DNA of 64,000 nucleotides from Tubiluchus corallicola. Taxonomy: Eukaryota; Animalia; Priapulida. The stretch is from positions 1 to 64,000 of the forward strand of contig JAQGDQ010001029.1 in the NCBI GenBank assembly GCA_030141605.1, given 5' to 3'. Position numbers and translations under genes: made by a program. Below the pieces are notes generated by a model that did no database searches, was not told the DNA's origin, and was given only the letters and a program-made list of their open reading frames with translations. Shown piece after piece: positions 14,501 to 27,172 of this stretch; position 1 is the first letter of the stretch, and each line of letters opens with the position of its first letter.

Positions 14501-16280
14501 ATCATGAGTGGTAATTTCCAATCCATCTTAGCCAACGCTTCTCTATGACCCCACCCACTCTTTCTTAAATTACATAATACCTGATTTTAAATTTTCTTTG
14601 GCCATTTCATACCCAACATATTTTTATACAGATGTCTTATGAAGCAGTTGATTTCGTTTTTCGTTTGTGTACCGTTGACTGTCCACAGTTTAAATTACAC
14701 CTATAAGATTGTACTCGTGATGACCAAATAACTTTTGCATTTTTCCAAAAAGTATGGCTTCCACGCTGTATTGTGTTGTTCTCTGTCTTGGACTCTTGGT
14801 GTCATCTTTTATTTTCAGACTGAAATTTCTCAGAGAGTTGGTTAAAAATAATGCATTTACCAAAATAACTTTGACGTCATTCTAGTGTACTATTGACGTA
14901 TTTGGTATAAATGACGCAAGATAATGGCGTTTCTATGGTTTTCTAGTTCGTTTCTTACAAGTTGTACAAACGTTGTTATGACAGTACGCTTACCAGAACT
15001 AGAAGATGGTGAATTCGAAAAAGGTTCAAATTCAAAATCGTCCTGTATATGAAGGCGAGGGTAGATAGATAGACAGTGCCAACCAATCAGAATCAGCCGA
15101 CGCCGTTGCCGTACGTAAACCGTTATGTTAGTTTTTGCAGTTTTGTCACTGTTAACCAAAGCTAAGACAGCAACCATACCTATTTCTGCATACCACTGGA
15201 AAAATTGCCTTTTGTTTTCAAGAAGATCTAATATAAAAATAAACCATAGATATACTGTGCTCAGTACTTTTGTACTCGCAACCATTTTATTATGTCAAAT
15301 TTTTGTAGGCCTTGTGCAGATAGTACAATACTGAAAGGGCCCCTCTTTGAAGCCCTTTATTTGAAATATGGGACCCCCAACTATGCAAATGTTGCTAAAA
15401 TATATCACAAGCAAAAAATGTTCAAGACGAGAGCGAGCAAATTAGAGTTTGCCTCCTCCTGTGGGACCCCATAATTTCATTAATCTAGGGGTCCCAAAAG
15501 GTCATGATCCGGCCCTGTTCATGCTAAAAATGACAGGGAAGCGACATCAGTAAAAACTGATGTTCACAAAGGCAAATGTGATGGACAAAGGTGTAAAAAT
15601 CAGTCAAAAAACCTAAGAGAAACAGGTCAAGGATAACAAGATAATAGATAACGATGGGTTGAAGTCAAAAATTCCCAAATTAAAAGACAAAGGTGTTAAA
15701 GACAAGCGGTAAAACGACACAGGTGAATAAGACTTGTAAAACTGAAAAAGCAATAATAAAAAAGCAAAGAAAAAAGTCGGTAAGTAAAAAACCAAATGAA
15801 GTAGAATGGGGTTCGATTCATAGAAACTACGCGGTCCGTATCCTTTGACCAGCAACTCTTGATAAAAGTTCTTGGCTTTTTTCCTCTTCGCAAATCTTTC
15901 GAGGACAAACCAAACGTGGCGTAAATCAGCCAACATAATTTTTCGAAAGATAACTAAAACCGAGGAGATAGAGGGACAAAATGAACACGTTTGTAGGGTC
16001 AAAGGTTACAGTGAAATACGTTTAACTGTGTCAATTTGTGTTCGAAATGCTTCAAACATTGATGTCGATGTTCATACGCTCTTTTGTGTTTTCTCTCGTC
16101 TTGATATGGAAACTGCTACCCTCACAGAAGTTGTTTCGTTTATTTGTGGCACGTAAGAAATGGTTAATAATGCAAGGCCAAACAGTGACTACTACACGGT
16201 CTATCAAAATAGACAACAAAGTTATAAAATACAGTGCAGTAGATTACTCCAGTACAATGCACTTTATTTTTCTATAGGTG

Positions 16281-16640
16281 ATGCCAGGCGCCACGTTTGA
16301 GGTGCTTATAGGTCTTCTGATCATTCATGGGATACTCCCAGCGTCGGAACCAAAAGTAGAGACAGGATCTCCTAACGAGAATCCCGGAATGGACTCCCTT
16401 TTTTCCTACTTTGTCGACGAAAATGAAGGTGGAAAGTGTTTCAAGCCGAGGACAGTGAGCGTATGGATGACCAACCGAGGGAAGGATTGTCGAAAGTGCG
16501 TGCAAGGTCCCAACGTGCGGTTTCTTCTAGGAGCAGAGGCGGCAGAAGAATCAATCGACAGGGGCGCGACGTTCAAGAAGTGTTGCGCTAATAACGAGTA
16601 TTACAGAACTTGCAAAATGTTATTGAAAATAAGCAAATGA
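16281..16640 (+). CDS. Secreted cysteine-rich protein 3 (119 aa; signal peptide + one 6-Cys domain)
   Basis: ATG lies 3 nt after the TTTATTTTTCTATAG acceptor. Hydrophobic N-terminus with LIGLLII, then CFKP...RGKDCRKCVQG...CCANNEYYRTC. Confidence 0.83.
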   Translation: MPGATFEVLIGLLIIHGILPASEPKVETGSPNENPGMDSLFSYFVDENEGGKCFKPRTVSVWMTNRGKDCRKCVQGPNVRFLLGAEAAEESIDRGATFKKCCANNEYYRTCKMLLKISK

Positions 16641-18776
16641 AACCACTTTCATGTGTTTCTAGTTAAACACAACTGCAAAGATTCACGATTATTACTAAAA
16701 TTGACTGTAGATGGCAGTACCATCACTTTGAAAAAAGATTTGATTACACATAGAGAAAAAAACTAAATCAAGTCTGCGCAAAACTACGGTAATGGATTCA
16801 ATACATCATGTCTGTACACTGTTTGCACTTGAATACACCTTACTTTTATTGTCTATAAAGTCAGGCAGTTTGATTCCGAATTTGCAAGTATCATGTTGTG
16901 TTAATTAAAGCCATTTTACCTATTATTGTCTGAATCAACTTTTAAAATACAAACAGCTATTCCTCAAATTTTAATATTTTTTGTTCGTTTATTGAGCATC
17001 TTATCAACTCTTGACATTCCAGCACTCTGCACAGCTGCCCGGGCAGCAGAAAAACCTGGGTTCAAGTCCCAGTGCAGATGAAAACCGTTTTCAGACTTTC
17101 TATAATGTGATTATGCTGAAAGCGGTAAACTTCAGTAAAAGATCATCAGCCGTAAGCCACAGCAGGTGATTGTTACAAATTTTACGCATTTCATATTTTG
17201 ATTAATAACTGTTGCAACATCATTATAGCAAACAAAGGACCCACAAAAAGAACTCACAAACGAAGTACTCTATAATGGTCCGTTTACATGTTCAGTTTTT
17301 AAACTGTCAGTCTAAAAACTTGCACGTGTGTAGACATCAAACTTTACTCCGTCAAACACTGGTAATAACTATTCAAGGGGTGTCGGTCAAATTATGGTGC
17401 CAATATGCAGACGTTCTTTGTTGTCTATTGAGCTAGCTTCGGCTAGAAAGATAAAAAGGGAGAAACTGGAAAAGAAAGAGTTAAAAATTTGGAGAAGAAA
17501 ACAGCTAGGGCAAAAAGGGAGAAACTGGAAAGATTGAGAGCCAGTTAACAGCCTGATTTTCAAAAATTTAAATGATGAGGTGTCACTTGACTTTTTCAAT
17601 TATGTGTGTATGTCACACCCGCAATATTTGACTATTTATTGCAAGAAGTTCAATTTAACTAACGAACGACTGCATAACACACCTACAATACTGTCGCAAA
17701 TTTTGTTGATTGGCAGAAAGTACAGCAAAATAAGAAATTTCTTTTTCTAAGTAAAATCAAAATCTCCAATGTATTACCACTGTTTTTACCCTCCACGTAC
17801 CGGTATCAACCAACATGCAACAATGCTGTTCGTCGAATATTTATACCAATTGCTGAATTAATAATGAAAAAATCCCCTTGCCCCCGCTAGAAAATGAAAA
17901 TCAGTGCTGTAACGATGGTTTCATACAATCAAACTTTATCTGTCAAACTAAAAGTTTGTCAGTTTCACTGTTTACACGATCAAACTAAAACTGACAAAAC
18001 TAGTTTGAGGAAAAAACTGATCGTCTAAACGGGTTTTAAGCATACACAGCTGACCATATGTATAAGACTACTATATAGATAGGTAAGCACATGTTAACAA
18101 AAATGTGTAAATAATGTACAATGTGGGCATATAGAGGATGTAAGGTACTTTTAGAAGACGTTGTCAAGTATCAACTATGTTGCAGAATATATTGAAATTC
18201 GATGAAAAGTATTTTCCGTGATTTTAGTAAACTATGATTTATAAAATGTTTCATATTAAATTGGATGTAAACGTTCAGTTTTAAATTTACATGACATGTT
18301 CAGAAAGCCAATAAGATACAAAAAAGGGTCAGTCAATGTTGCTTCCTCAAAATTTCAGTTTGTTCTTTGCATGAAATTTATCCGGTAGGATTCATCACTT
18401 GATGAAACATCTCAGTAGTACACTGCCTGTGCAAGTGTATAACACAGCTGAGTACCAAGCTGCTGGACGACTCACTGTTTTTATACATGCATGCCAAAAC
18501 AACTTTTTGCAGTGCCAAGAATGACACGTTACATTTAACTCTAAATTAATTTGCAAATGGCTGAATCTGCAGTACGCTATATTCAAAGCTATTATACTAC
18601 TTTATAGAATTTATAGTAGTTTGTGGTGTTCGCATTACCAGTGTAATGCAATAAACCACGACACGACAAAGCACATCACACACACACATAGCCTTCACAT
18701 GTTTATTAAATAAACTTTTCAGTTTTTTACATAAATGTCTCCCCCACTTCCATCCGTATTGAAGCAGGTTATTTGT

Positions 18777-18810
18777 TTATGCAACAAGCGCAGAAGCAGT
18801 ACTCGATTCA
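18777..18810 (-). CDS. RPS13: 40S ribosomal protein S13 (uS15), coding exon 5
   Basis: tttttcag|T GAA TCG AGT ACT GCT TCT GCG CTT GTT GCA TAA = (Y)ESSTASALVA*. AATAAA at 18707-18702. Confidence 0.95.
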
Positions 18811-19228
18811 CTGAAAAAGAAGAAAAATTATGCTTACAAAAAGAACACAGAGAGAATGTCGCAATAATGATAAAATTAAGCTGCAAGACAAAGGTGTTAT
18901 TGATGCTAAAAAAAAGTAAATTTTCCTCTAGAAGTTTTCTAAATACTGGTCAAAGTGTCACATTGGCTTATCTAGTAAAGCTTGTATGACTGCACTACAT
19001 TATCTTAAAGCGCCAGGAGTTAGTTGTTAACATCAACTGTCTCCATCTGTTGGTTACAATAGTGAAACAGTTTGCACAAACCTACAAAATGTCAGCTAGC
19101 AGAAGATGCTAAAAACAAGTATTAAAAAGTTATGAACTGGATAACACTGCTGCCATGCGACAACCACCAACCAGGACATTAGTGTAAACAAGCGTTTGCT
19201 CTATCAAGTTTATCTTTCCTCCTCTTAT

Positions 19229-19769
19229 TTAAAAGAAGACCAGACAATTGTTTAGACTCAATCTCATTTTAACTGTCCAGAATATACATTTTCTTGCCTA
19301 TAAAAGTTAACAATTGTTTCTTATATTTAAATGATTAGCTTAGAAAGTTAATTAACAGTAACCGAACACAGCTGTTGCTTACGTCAGAAACTAACCACAA
19401 TTTGTGCAATGGCAGGCATCTTCCCTTGCGCATCAAGCACATTTGCATAAGTGTTACAGTATCGTTTAAACGCAATGATGTCACGAAAGATAGGCGTCAT
19501 ATGATGTCAGAAACTAACACTGGGCAGTTCATATGATCATGCTCATCACAGTACCGCCTTCTATTTTTCGGCCACGCGAATGTGACAAAAGGCGTCTAGT
19601 AGATTCACTAAGCTGCGCGTCGTTTTGAAAGTTTAACAAAATTTGAGTATCCGAGGTAATTATTATTTAATCTAAGCTTTGATTTAAACAAAGCTATCGC
19701 AGTTCTCAATATTTTATAGCATTATTTATTCTGAACTAATGTTTACACAATCATCCGGTTTTCCTTTAA
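19229..19769. mobile_element. TTAA-flanked MITE (Kolobok-like), copy 1
   Basis: Ends ...CCGGTTTTCCT-TTAA and is homologous over about 500 bp to 55564-56064. Confidence 0.7.
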
Positions 19770-19976
19770 TAATAGCATGTGAAAGTAAACTGTAAAACTC
19801 TGCTTCATGCTTTCAATTTAGTTTCAGCTCAAGCAAAAAAAGATATGCGTAGTGCCCATTTCTAAAATTTCAGCATCACTGACTAACAAAGACAGCTTCC
19901 CACACGTGTGTTGATCATTTTTATTCACAAACTAACTTGTTCATGTTAGGTCAAAGACACAAATAAGGTTACTTAC

Positions 19977-20077
<101 letters not shown>

Positions 20078-21005
20078 CTAAAAAGACAGCAAAATGCACA
20101 TGCATACTGTCACATCGCCAAAATTTACCACCATTTAAATAAGTAACGCCATCAGAATCAGAATAATTTTGTTTGATTTCAAACGATCACTGGAAATTAG
20201 ATCCTTCTTCAACCTCAATGACCAACTGACCGTTGACAAAACCCCATTGACCAATAATCTCCATTAGTTTACATTGCATAACAATAAACACGCAAAAAAT
20301 GCAAACGGACAAAGGAGAAAGAGCGGCAAAAAACAAAACAAAGGTTAACGAAACAGCCACCCTTTTCAGAAGACAGTAGCAAACAAATGACACTAATAAC
20401 AGATGTCTTAGAATACAACTACAAAAAATACATTAGCATCCAAAAACAGAAAAAAAATACAAAAGCAGGTATTTTCAAAGACAAAATAAAGGTCAAAATT
20501 AAGGATAATAATATGGTTGAAACAAAAATCAGATTAAAATGAGAAAAGTGCTTAAATATCAAGAAAAAACATTCATTAAAGAAAAAATTTAACAGCAATC
20601 AAGATTTCAGATAATGAACAATTCAAGCAAATGAAATACAAATCTAACAAGCAAGAAAAGCCTGAAGCTCGACTGAGACCGCTGTAGTAGCATTTGTTAA
20701 ATTTCAAATCTGCTTAAAAGTTTCAGTTTCTGGTTCAGGTATGAGCTTCAGGCACTAAGGAAAAGGAAGCTGTTACCTCAAACATTTCTTCTATAAAATG
20801 GTTAAATTTGTTTCATAGATTATCAGGAATAAATAAAACATTTTTTACTATCGCTTTCTCCTGTATGGCAGTACGAAGTTTATGAACCACGATTAAAATT
20901 AAATCTTTGTCAAGACACAAGTATTTTATGCAGACTGACGCTGCCATCTAGTGGACGGAAAGCAAATGATGTTTAAACTATAACTCGCTCCATCACGAAA
21001 TGCAC

Positions 21006-21403
21006 CAGAGATGCGTGTGCCCACTTATTTTGGGTCCGCTATTCCACAGAGTCTGTAAAGCGTGATTTTGTGGCTCCACAAAATCTGCAGACTGAATGTA
21101 TAAAATAACTGGATCTGCAACTCTGGGGAGATCCATCATAAAGAATAATAATTTCCAAAACTAGGACACACGTTCAGCTCGATTAGGGAAAATAGGAGTT
21201 TCTTTTGTTGTGGGAAGCCGGCTACTGACTAACTAGTATTTGTGGTTTTGACTTGCGCGTTGGAAGAACTCAAAAAAGCTGGAAGACTTCGTGTTGGCTA
21301 AACAGACAATAATTCAGAAATAAGCTGGATTCGTGGCTCCGCTGGCTCTGCAGATCCGCAAAAAAAGCTTGCGGACCTGTGTTCGCGAATCCGCACATCA
21401 CTG
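21006..21403. mobile_element. hAT-type MITE
   Basis: CAGAGATGCG...GCACATCACTG imperfect TIRs with an 8-bp TSD (AAATGCAC/AAATGCAT). Confidence 0.6.
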
Positions 21404-21608
21404 AAATGCATACTCAACTGCATACATAGACTTACAAATGAAACAAGGTTTAGTTAATGTAGAGAGGTAGTAAACGTGACAAGCATGGTTTACCAGCCAC
21501 GGGGAACAGTATACCAACAACTTCTGCCTGTCCTCGGGCAGAGTTAATGAAATTTCCAGGATGACCGGCATTAAATTTCCATCCTGTTAATCGTCTCCTA
21601 GAACTCAC

Positions 21609-21778
21609 CTTCCTGTTTCTTTCCAAATGTTTCCTCATAGCTACGGCTTTCTTAATCAGGTAATACAAATCCTCGGGTATGGATGCTGCCAGGCCCTTTG
21701 ATTTGAGGATGCGGAGAATCTTGTTCCCCGTCACCCATCTAACCTGTGCAACTCCATGTGAATCCCGCAGGATGACTC
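21609..21778 (-). CDS. RPS13: RPS13 coding exon 3
   Basis: [56 protein letters not shown], with CAG and GTGAG splice sites. Confidence 0.97.
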
Positions 21779-22654
21779 CTGTAAAAGACGAAACCTACGG
21801 GATAGATTACTGTACACAGAAAATAATGTAAAAAGTATTCGGTTCCGATAACAATGCCAAGTCTGCGAAACCTACAGAATTTTACAGCAGTTACATGGGC
21901 CTGTAACAATACATCAGTACATCGTGACACCTTTTGTGATGATAAGTGTATCATCAAAGTGCACCAGTATCGTGATAATCTGTATCATTTAGCACAAGCT
22001 TGACTGTCCACTGATAAAAAGAGAATGCACCATAGATACACAATCAGTGCAGTGAGAGCAACATTAGCAGACACTAGCCAAATAATATATCAACAACTTA
22101 ATCTAGTTTCTTTATTAGGCAATGTTAATGCAATGTGCATCATGATTTGCAATGTGTATCTTATCGTCACCAATTTGTTTTATGGTTTTGTTGTGTATAT
22201 TTCATAAATTATAAAATTAAACATGATTTTGCTCAAATAAATTCAAATATGCTTTGATATTTCAGTTATTTGGGCTTGGAGATCCTAAAACTTCACAGTG
22301 GTCAGCTCTGAAGATACACCGCACTGCTACGTAAACGAAATTTTCGCTTTATTTGAACTATTTTAGCCAAATTTCTCAGCATTTTTTTTGACATCTAGGA
22401 GAAAAGAAAGGGTAAAATCTAATGGATAAATACTAGTACAACCTCTGAAAATGCTACTGAAAATTATCCGAAATTTTGGCTACAAAACTTAATAAATTTT
22501 GCCAAAACCGAAACTTAACCAAAAGTGTAATTATCAGCAAATCGAACCAAAAATTTCGTGTCGCTAACATCCCTGTCAGTGGTATTTTGCATTGATTTTG
22601 CTATAAAGCTAAACCTAGTAAAGAAATACCACAGATTCACAGACAAGTTATTCA

Positions 22655-22837
<183 letters not shown>

Positions 22838-23344
22838 TCAAATGGTTTTTGTAGAGTAAAAATTTTTCCATAGAGGACACCATTATTGATTGTCTAGGTA
22901 TAAAGCAGGCAGTGAAATTGTTCAGATCTCATTTTTACGAAGATGTATTCATTGTTCCATTAACGATAAAAATTGTCTCATGTAGACATTGTTATTATCA
23001 GTAGCGTCCCGTAGTTAAAATTAGTGGAGGTGCTGCTTCAGAAGTTTTTTAGCTATTGTTTTGATACTGTGTAAAACCAAACAAACATACAAAAGTTTAT
23101 ACATAAATTTAATAAAAAATTTTTTTGCTTACTAATAGCCTAAATTATCACAGTTTAAGCTTAGATCTATTCACGGTAAACACGAGACAACTAACAACAA
23201 ATTGTGTAAGCGACAGTACTTTCTTTACCTGGGATTAAACATGTACGCATAGCCGCATGCGCGCAACAGCTAAACACCACGCTGCTGAAGAGCACTGTGC
23301 TGGGCTGTGAAGCAAACAGTACTACCCTCACATGCTCTGTTTCT

Positions 23345-26300
23345 ATTGAACTATGAACTATGAATTTTATTCCACACATCAAAATACATTATTATACACA
23401 TAAATAAACAATAAATAAAATAATTTGAGTAGTGTGAGGTGAGTGTACGACCATACGGTCATTAACACACTCACCTTACTTAAATGAAAAAATTAATAAA
23501 GTTATGCGTGCTTTTTTAGATGACTCAATGAAAAAGGAAACATTAGAAAAACATAATATGTAATTACGATTTTGATATGAATATTGAAATAATTTTGAAA
23601 TAAAGTAAATGATGTAATAATAGCAAGGAAACATAAGAAAAAAATAATATGGAATTACGATTTAGATATGAATATTGAAATAATTTTGAAATAAAGTAAA
23701 TGATGTAATAATAGCAAGGAAACATAAGAAAAACATAATATGGAATTACGATTTTGATACGAATATTGAAATAATTTTGAAATAAAGTAAATGATATAAT
23801 AATAGCAAGGAAACATAATATGTAAAAACGATTTTGATATAGACTGCGATGAATGAATAATTCATTTAAATTGATTTATACATTTTACTAATAAAGTAAC
23901 ATTAGTAAAAGAAAAACATTAGTGCAAAAAGACACACGTGCACAAAAAGAGAAAAAAAAGCTCTAGTTTTCTACGCCAATGAATATTTACTAAGTAAAAA
24001 TATCTTGTATTGTTTGGTAGCTATTTGTAAAGAAGGAGAGGAAATGATTGTATTGGGTACACTATTCCACAAAATAACTCCACTGTGCTGTAAGGTATTT
24101 AAGCCATACGCTGTGTTAAATCGTGTTTGAAAATAGTGTCCCATACTTGAGGACCTAGTATAGTGAGAGTGAACATCTTTGATTAAGGTAAAGTAGTTAG
24201 TATATAATTCAGGCAACTGCCGGTTATTATACTTATACATGAATTTAAATAATTCAAGATTATAAATATCATCTATTTTCAATAAACTAAGGTGTATGTA
24301 TGAAGATGTTGCATGGTCTCTGTAATTGGCAAAAGTCATGTATTTAACTATTTTATTCTGAACTGTTATTAGTGGTTGTAATAAGTATTTTTTTGTTTGC
24401 CACCATGACAACACACAGTATTGGAGGTACGGATAGACTAATGCATGGTAGATCATTTTCAAAACAGGCAAATTAATAAAATGTCTTAATTTTGCAAAAA
24501 TACCAGCTGTTTTATTTAGTTTTGTTGCTGTAGAGGATATATGGGTAGACCACTTCATGTTGTTGTCAATATGCAACCCAAGGTATTTTATACTACTACT
24601 TTGTGTTAAAATTATGTCGCCAATTTTGAGTTCGAAAGTGGAAGAGTCTTGTTGTGAAAGGTTCCTACTGATTAACATATACTTAGTTTTTGTGTAATTG
24701 ACAGTTAATTTATTTGCTTTCATCCAGTCATCAATCTTTTTTAGTTCGTTGTTAGTGCGATGTTGTAAAGTTGAAAGGTTATTAGATGTAAGGAAGAGAC
24801 TTGTATCATCAGCGAAAAGACGAGTGTTAAAATTAGTAGCAAGAGGAAGATCATTGATATAGATCAGGAAAAGCAGCGGCCCAAGAGTTGATCCTTGAGG
24901 TACACCACAGTTTATATCTAGCAAATCAGAGCATGTATTGTTAATAGTGGTGAACTGTTGTCGGTTAGTTAAATAAGATTTAAGGAGTTCCAAGACAGGG
25001 CCTCTGATGCCATAAAAATGTAATTTATGTAGTAGAATATCATGCTGGACTGTGTCAAAAGCTTTAGATAAATCTAAGAATATTGCACAAGTGAAAAGTT
25101 TTTTGTCTAAATTTAGAAGCATATTTTCAACAAATTCTGAAGTAGCTAACGAAGTGGAGTAAGTTTTGCGAAAACCAAACTGAAATTTTGTTAGTATGTT
25201 ACATGAAGTGAGAAAATTGTTAATGCGATTACAAATAATATTTTCAAAAATTTTTGAAACTGGTGACAGTAGAGAAATTGGACGATAATTTGATAGGTTG
25301 TTTGGCGAATCATTTTTATAAAGTGGTTTGACTTTAGCTACTTTTAGACAATTAGGAAAGGTTCCTTCAGAAACTGCCATATTAAACAATCGACAAAGAA
25401 CTGGGACTATTAAATCAGTTGCTAATTTGTAAAATTTGACCGGGACATTTTCTGGGCCAGGTGATTTATTTTCTTTAAGTTTATTAAGAGACAACAATAT
25501 TTCAAGTTCAGAGATAGGATAAAAGAAGACAGATTTATCATTTGGAGCATTTAAGAAAGATTGGTAGGTCTTCAAAGTGGGTGGGATTTTATTGGCCAGA
25601 TTACTACCTACAGACTGGAAGAATTTATTAAATGCATTAGCAATAGAGAGATCGTCACTTGTGGTATGACCATTGTTATCTAAATAGGAAGGGGCAACTT
25701 GTGTTTTACTTTTAATTTTCAGTAGGCTATTAATCGTACTCCATTGCTTCTTAATATTATTTTTGTTTACAGCAAATAAATGGTCATAATATTCTCTTTT
25801 GGATTTTTGCTTAGCGTGATTTAGTTTATTTGAATAAGTCTTATAATAAGTCTTTTTGTAAAGCGAATTAGAAAGTTTGTGAGATTTATAGAGTTTGCTT
25901 CTAGTTCTGATTGATTTTAAAATTCCGGGTGTTATCCAGGGTTTTCGAAAGGATATTGTTTCTCTTTTACTAAGTGTTCGAATCGGGGCATGTTTATTAA
26001 GGGTGGTTTCAAATGATTCCAAGAAATTGGAAAAAGTATTATTTACATTAAGTTGACTATTGAAAATGTTAGAAAGTGAATGTCCCAAATCGCTCAGAAA
26101 ATTTGCAGGAATAAATCTTTTAGTATCTCTTATTTGTACTTGAGACTTACTTTTGCATGCATAGGAAGAATTAACAATTGCAAAGATAGGCAGATGGTCA
26201 GCCAGTTCATACTGAATGATGCCAGCAGTGATGGGATTTTGAAACTCATTAGTATAAATATGATCAATTAAGGTTTGTGAGTTGTTAGTAATGCGAGTTG

Positions 26301-26690
26301 GTTGAGTTATAACTGGATGAAACCTATTTGAGAACAACATATTTATGTAGTTGGCAACTGAAGAAATGTCTTCATGTTGAAGTAAATTAATATTTATGTC
26401 CCCGCAAATAAAAGCTGTCCTACCTGACGAATTGATAAAGTTTAAGATCTTTTCCATTTCTTCATTAAAGTGACTGACAGATTTGTTGGGGTGCCTGTAC
26501 ACGACGCCAAATAATATAGGTGCTTTATTTCTTGATGTTTTTATCTCGACCCATATATCCTCTACAGCTATTCTGCTAACAGTGTGAGGTAAGTTGGATG
26601 TATATTTTTCGCAGTTAAACTGAATTTCATTAATAACTTTATATTCAAGATTTTTTTTAATATATAGACCTACCCGTTTATATATAGTTA
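23345..26690 (-). mobile_element. 5'-truncated CR1/L2/Crack-group LINE in RPS13 intron 1
   Basis: Intact EN-RT ORF, AT-rich 3' UTR with tandem repeats, a GGTGAGTGT...ACACTCACC hairpin (about 23438-23475), and an AATAAA + (TTCATAG)n tail. Confidence 0.9.
23540..23840. repeat. About 59-bp tandem repeat (about 5 copies) in the LINE 3' UTR
   Basis: Repeated AATATTGAAATAATTTTGAAATAAAGTAAATGATGTAATAATAGCAAGGAAACATAAG units with spacers. Period estimated by eye; it may be nearer 90 bp. Confidence 0.75.
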
Positions 26691-26721
26691 ATATACCCTT
26701 TAATATATAGTTTCCGTACAA
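23971..26721 (-). CDS. LINE ORF2: partial APE endonuclease + reverse transcriptase
   Basis: APE motifs GVVYRHP, GDININL, TLIDHIYTN, LADHLPI. RT motifs NYRPISLL, FLDLSKAFDTV, GVPQGSTLGPLLFLIYINDL, FADDT, KYLG. Confidence 0.93.
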   Translation of the reverse strand: MYGNYILKGILTIYKRVGLYIKKNLEYKVINEIQFNCEKYTSNLPHTVSRIAVEDIWVEIKTSRNKAPILFGVVYRHPNKSVSHFNEEMEKILNFINSSGRTAFICGDININLLQHEDISSVANYINMLFSNRFHPVITQPTRITNNSQTLIDHIYTNEFQNPITAGIIQYELADHLPIFAIVNSSYACKSKSQVQIRDTKRFIPANFLSDLGHSLSNIFNSQLNVNNTFSNFLESFETTLNKHAPIRTLSKRETISFRKPWITPGILKSIRTRSKLYKSHKLSNSLYKKTYYKTYSNKLNHAKQKSKREYYDHLFAVNKNNIKKQWSTINSLLKIKSKTQVAPSYLDNNGHTTSDDLSIANAFNKFFQSVGSNLANKIPPTLKTYQSFLNAPNDKSVFFYPISELEILLSLNKLKENKSPGPENVPVKFYKLATDLIVPVLCRLFNMAVSEGTFPNCLKVAKVKPLYKNDSPNNLSNYRPISLLSPVSKIFENIICNRINNFLTSCNILTKFQFGFRKTYSTSLATSEFVENMLLNLDKKLFTCAIFLDLSKAFDTVQHDILLHKLHFYGIRGPVLELLKSYLTNRQQFTTINNTCSDLLDINCGVPQGSTLGPLLFLIYINDLPLATNFNTRLFADDTSLFLTSNNLSTLQHRTNNELKKIDDWMKANKLTVNYTKTKYMLISRNLSQQDSSTFELKIGDIILTQSSSIKYLGLHIDNNMKWSTHISSTATKLNKTAGIFAKLRHFINLPVLKMIYHALVYPYLQYCVLSWWQTKKYLLQPLITVQNKIVKYMTFANYRDHATSSYIHLSLLKIDDIYNLELFKFMYKYNNRQLPELYTNYFTLIKDVHSHYTRSSSMGHYFQTRFNTAYGLNTLQHSGVILWNSVPNTIISSPSLQIATKQYKIFLLSKYSLA

Positions 26722-27126
26722 GTATAAAGAGAGTATATATATTGAGTATTATCGATGACACTGAATGAAAATAGGTGCTGCAGTTCCGCAGTACCTATAC
26801 ACGAGCCACCACTGGTTATGTCAAAAAAAGTTAATGCAGAAACGTTGTGGTCCTAAAAGATATTGCAAGTAGATTATCCATCCGGTTAAGTGCTGTTAGA
26901 ATGAGAAACATGAAATGCGGGATATGCTTTCTTCTACATAGGTGACTAATAAAAACACAGTAATGCAAGGAAACTGTAAACTAAACGAATGCACTTTATT
27001 ACTGAAATACACCAAACGCAACAAACTTCTAACATTGTGAAAACCGATTTTTAATATACTAAAAGTAAAAATGTAAATTATAAAGCAAAGTTAATAAGCT
27101 AATCGTTAAAATAATGATGATCATAC

Positions 27127-27149
27127 CCGGGAGCGTGCATACGACCCAT
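27127..27149 (-). CDS. RPS13: RPS13 coding exon 1
   Basis: ATG GGT CGT ATG CAC GCT CCC GG|gtatga = MGRMHAP(G). The five exons sum to 456 nt = 151 aa + stop. Confidence 0.97.
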
Positions 27150-27160
27150 AATGGCGGTTT

Positions 27161-27172
27161 CGCAAAAGGAAG
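27161..27172 (-). promoter_or_regulatory. 5'-TOP/TCT polypyrimidine initiator of RPS13
   Basis: CTTCCTTTTGCG begins 23 nt upstream of the ATG, typical of ribosomal protein gene start sites. Confidence 0.75.
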
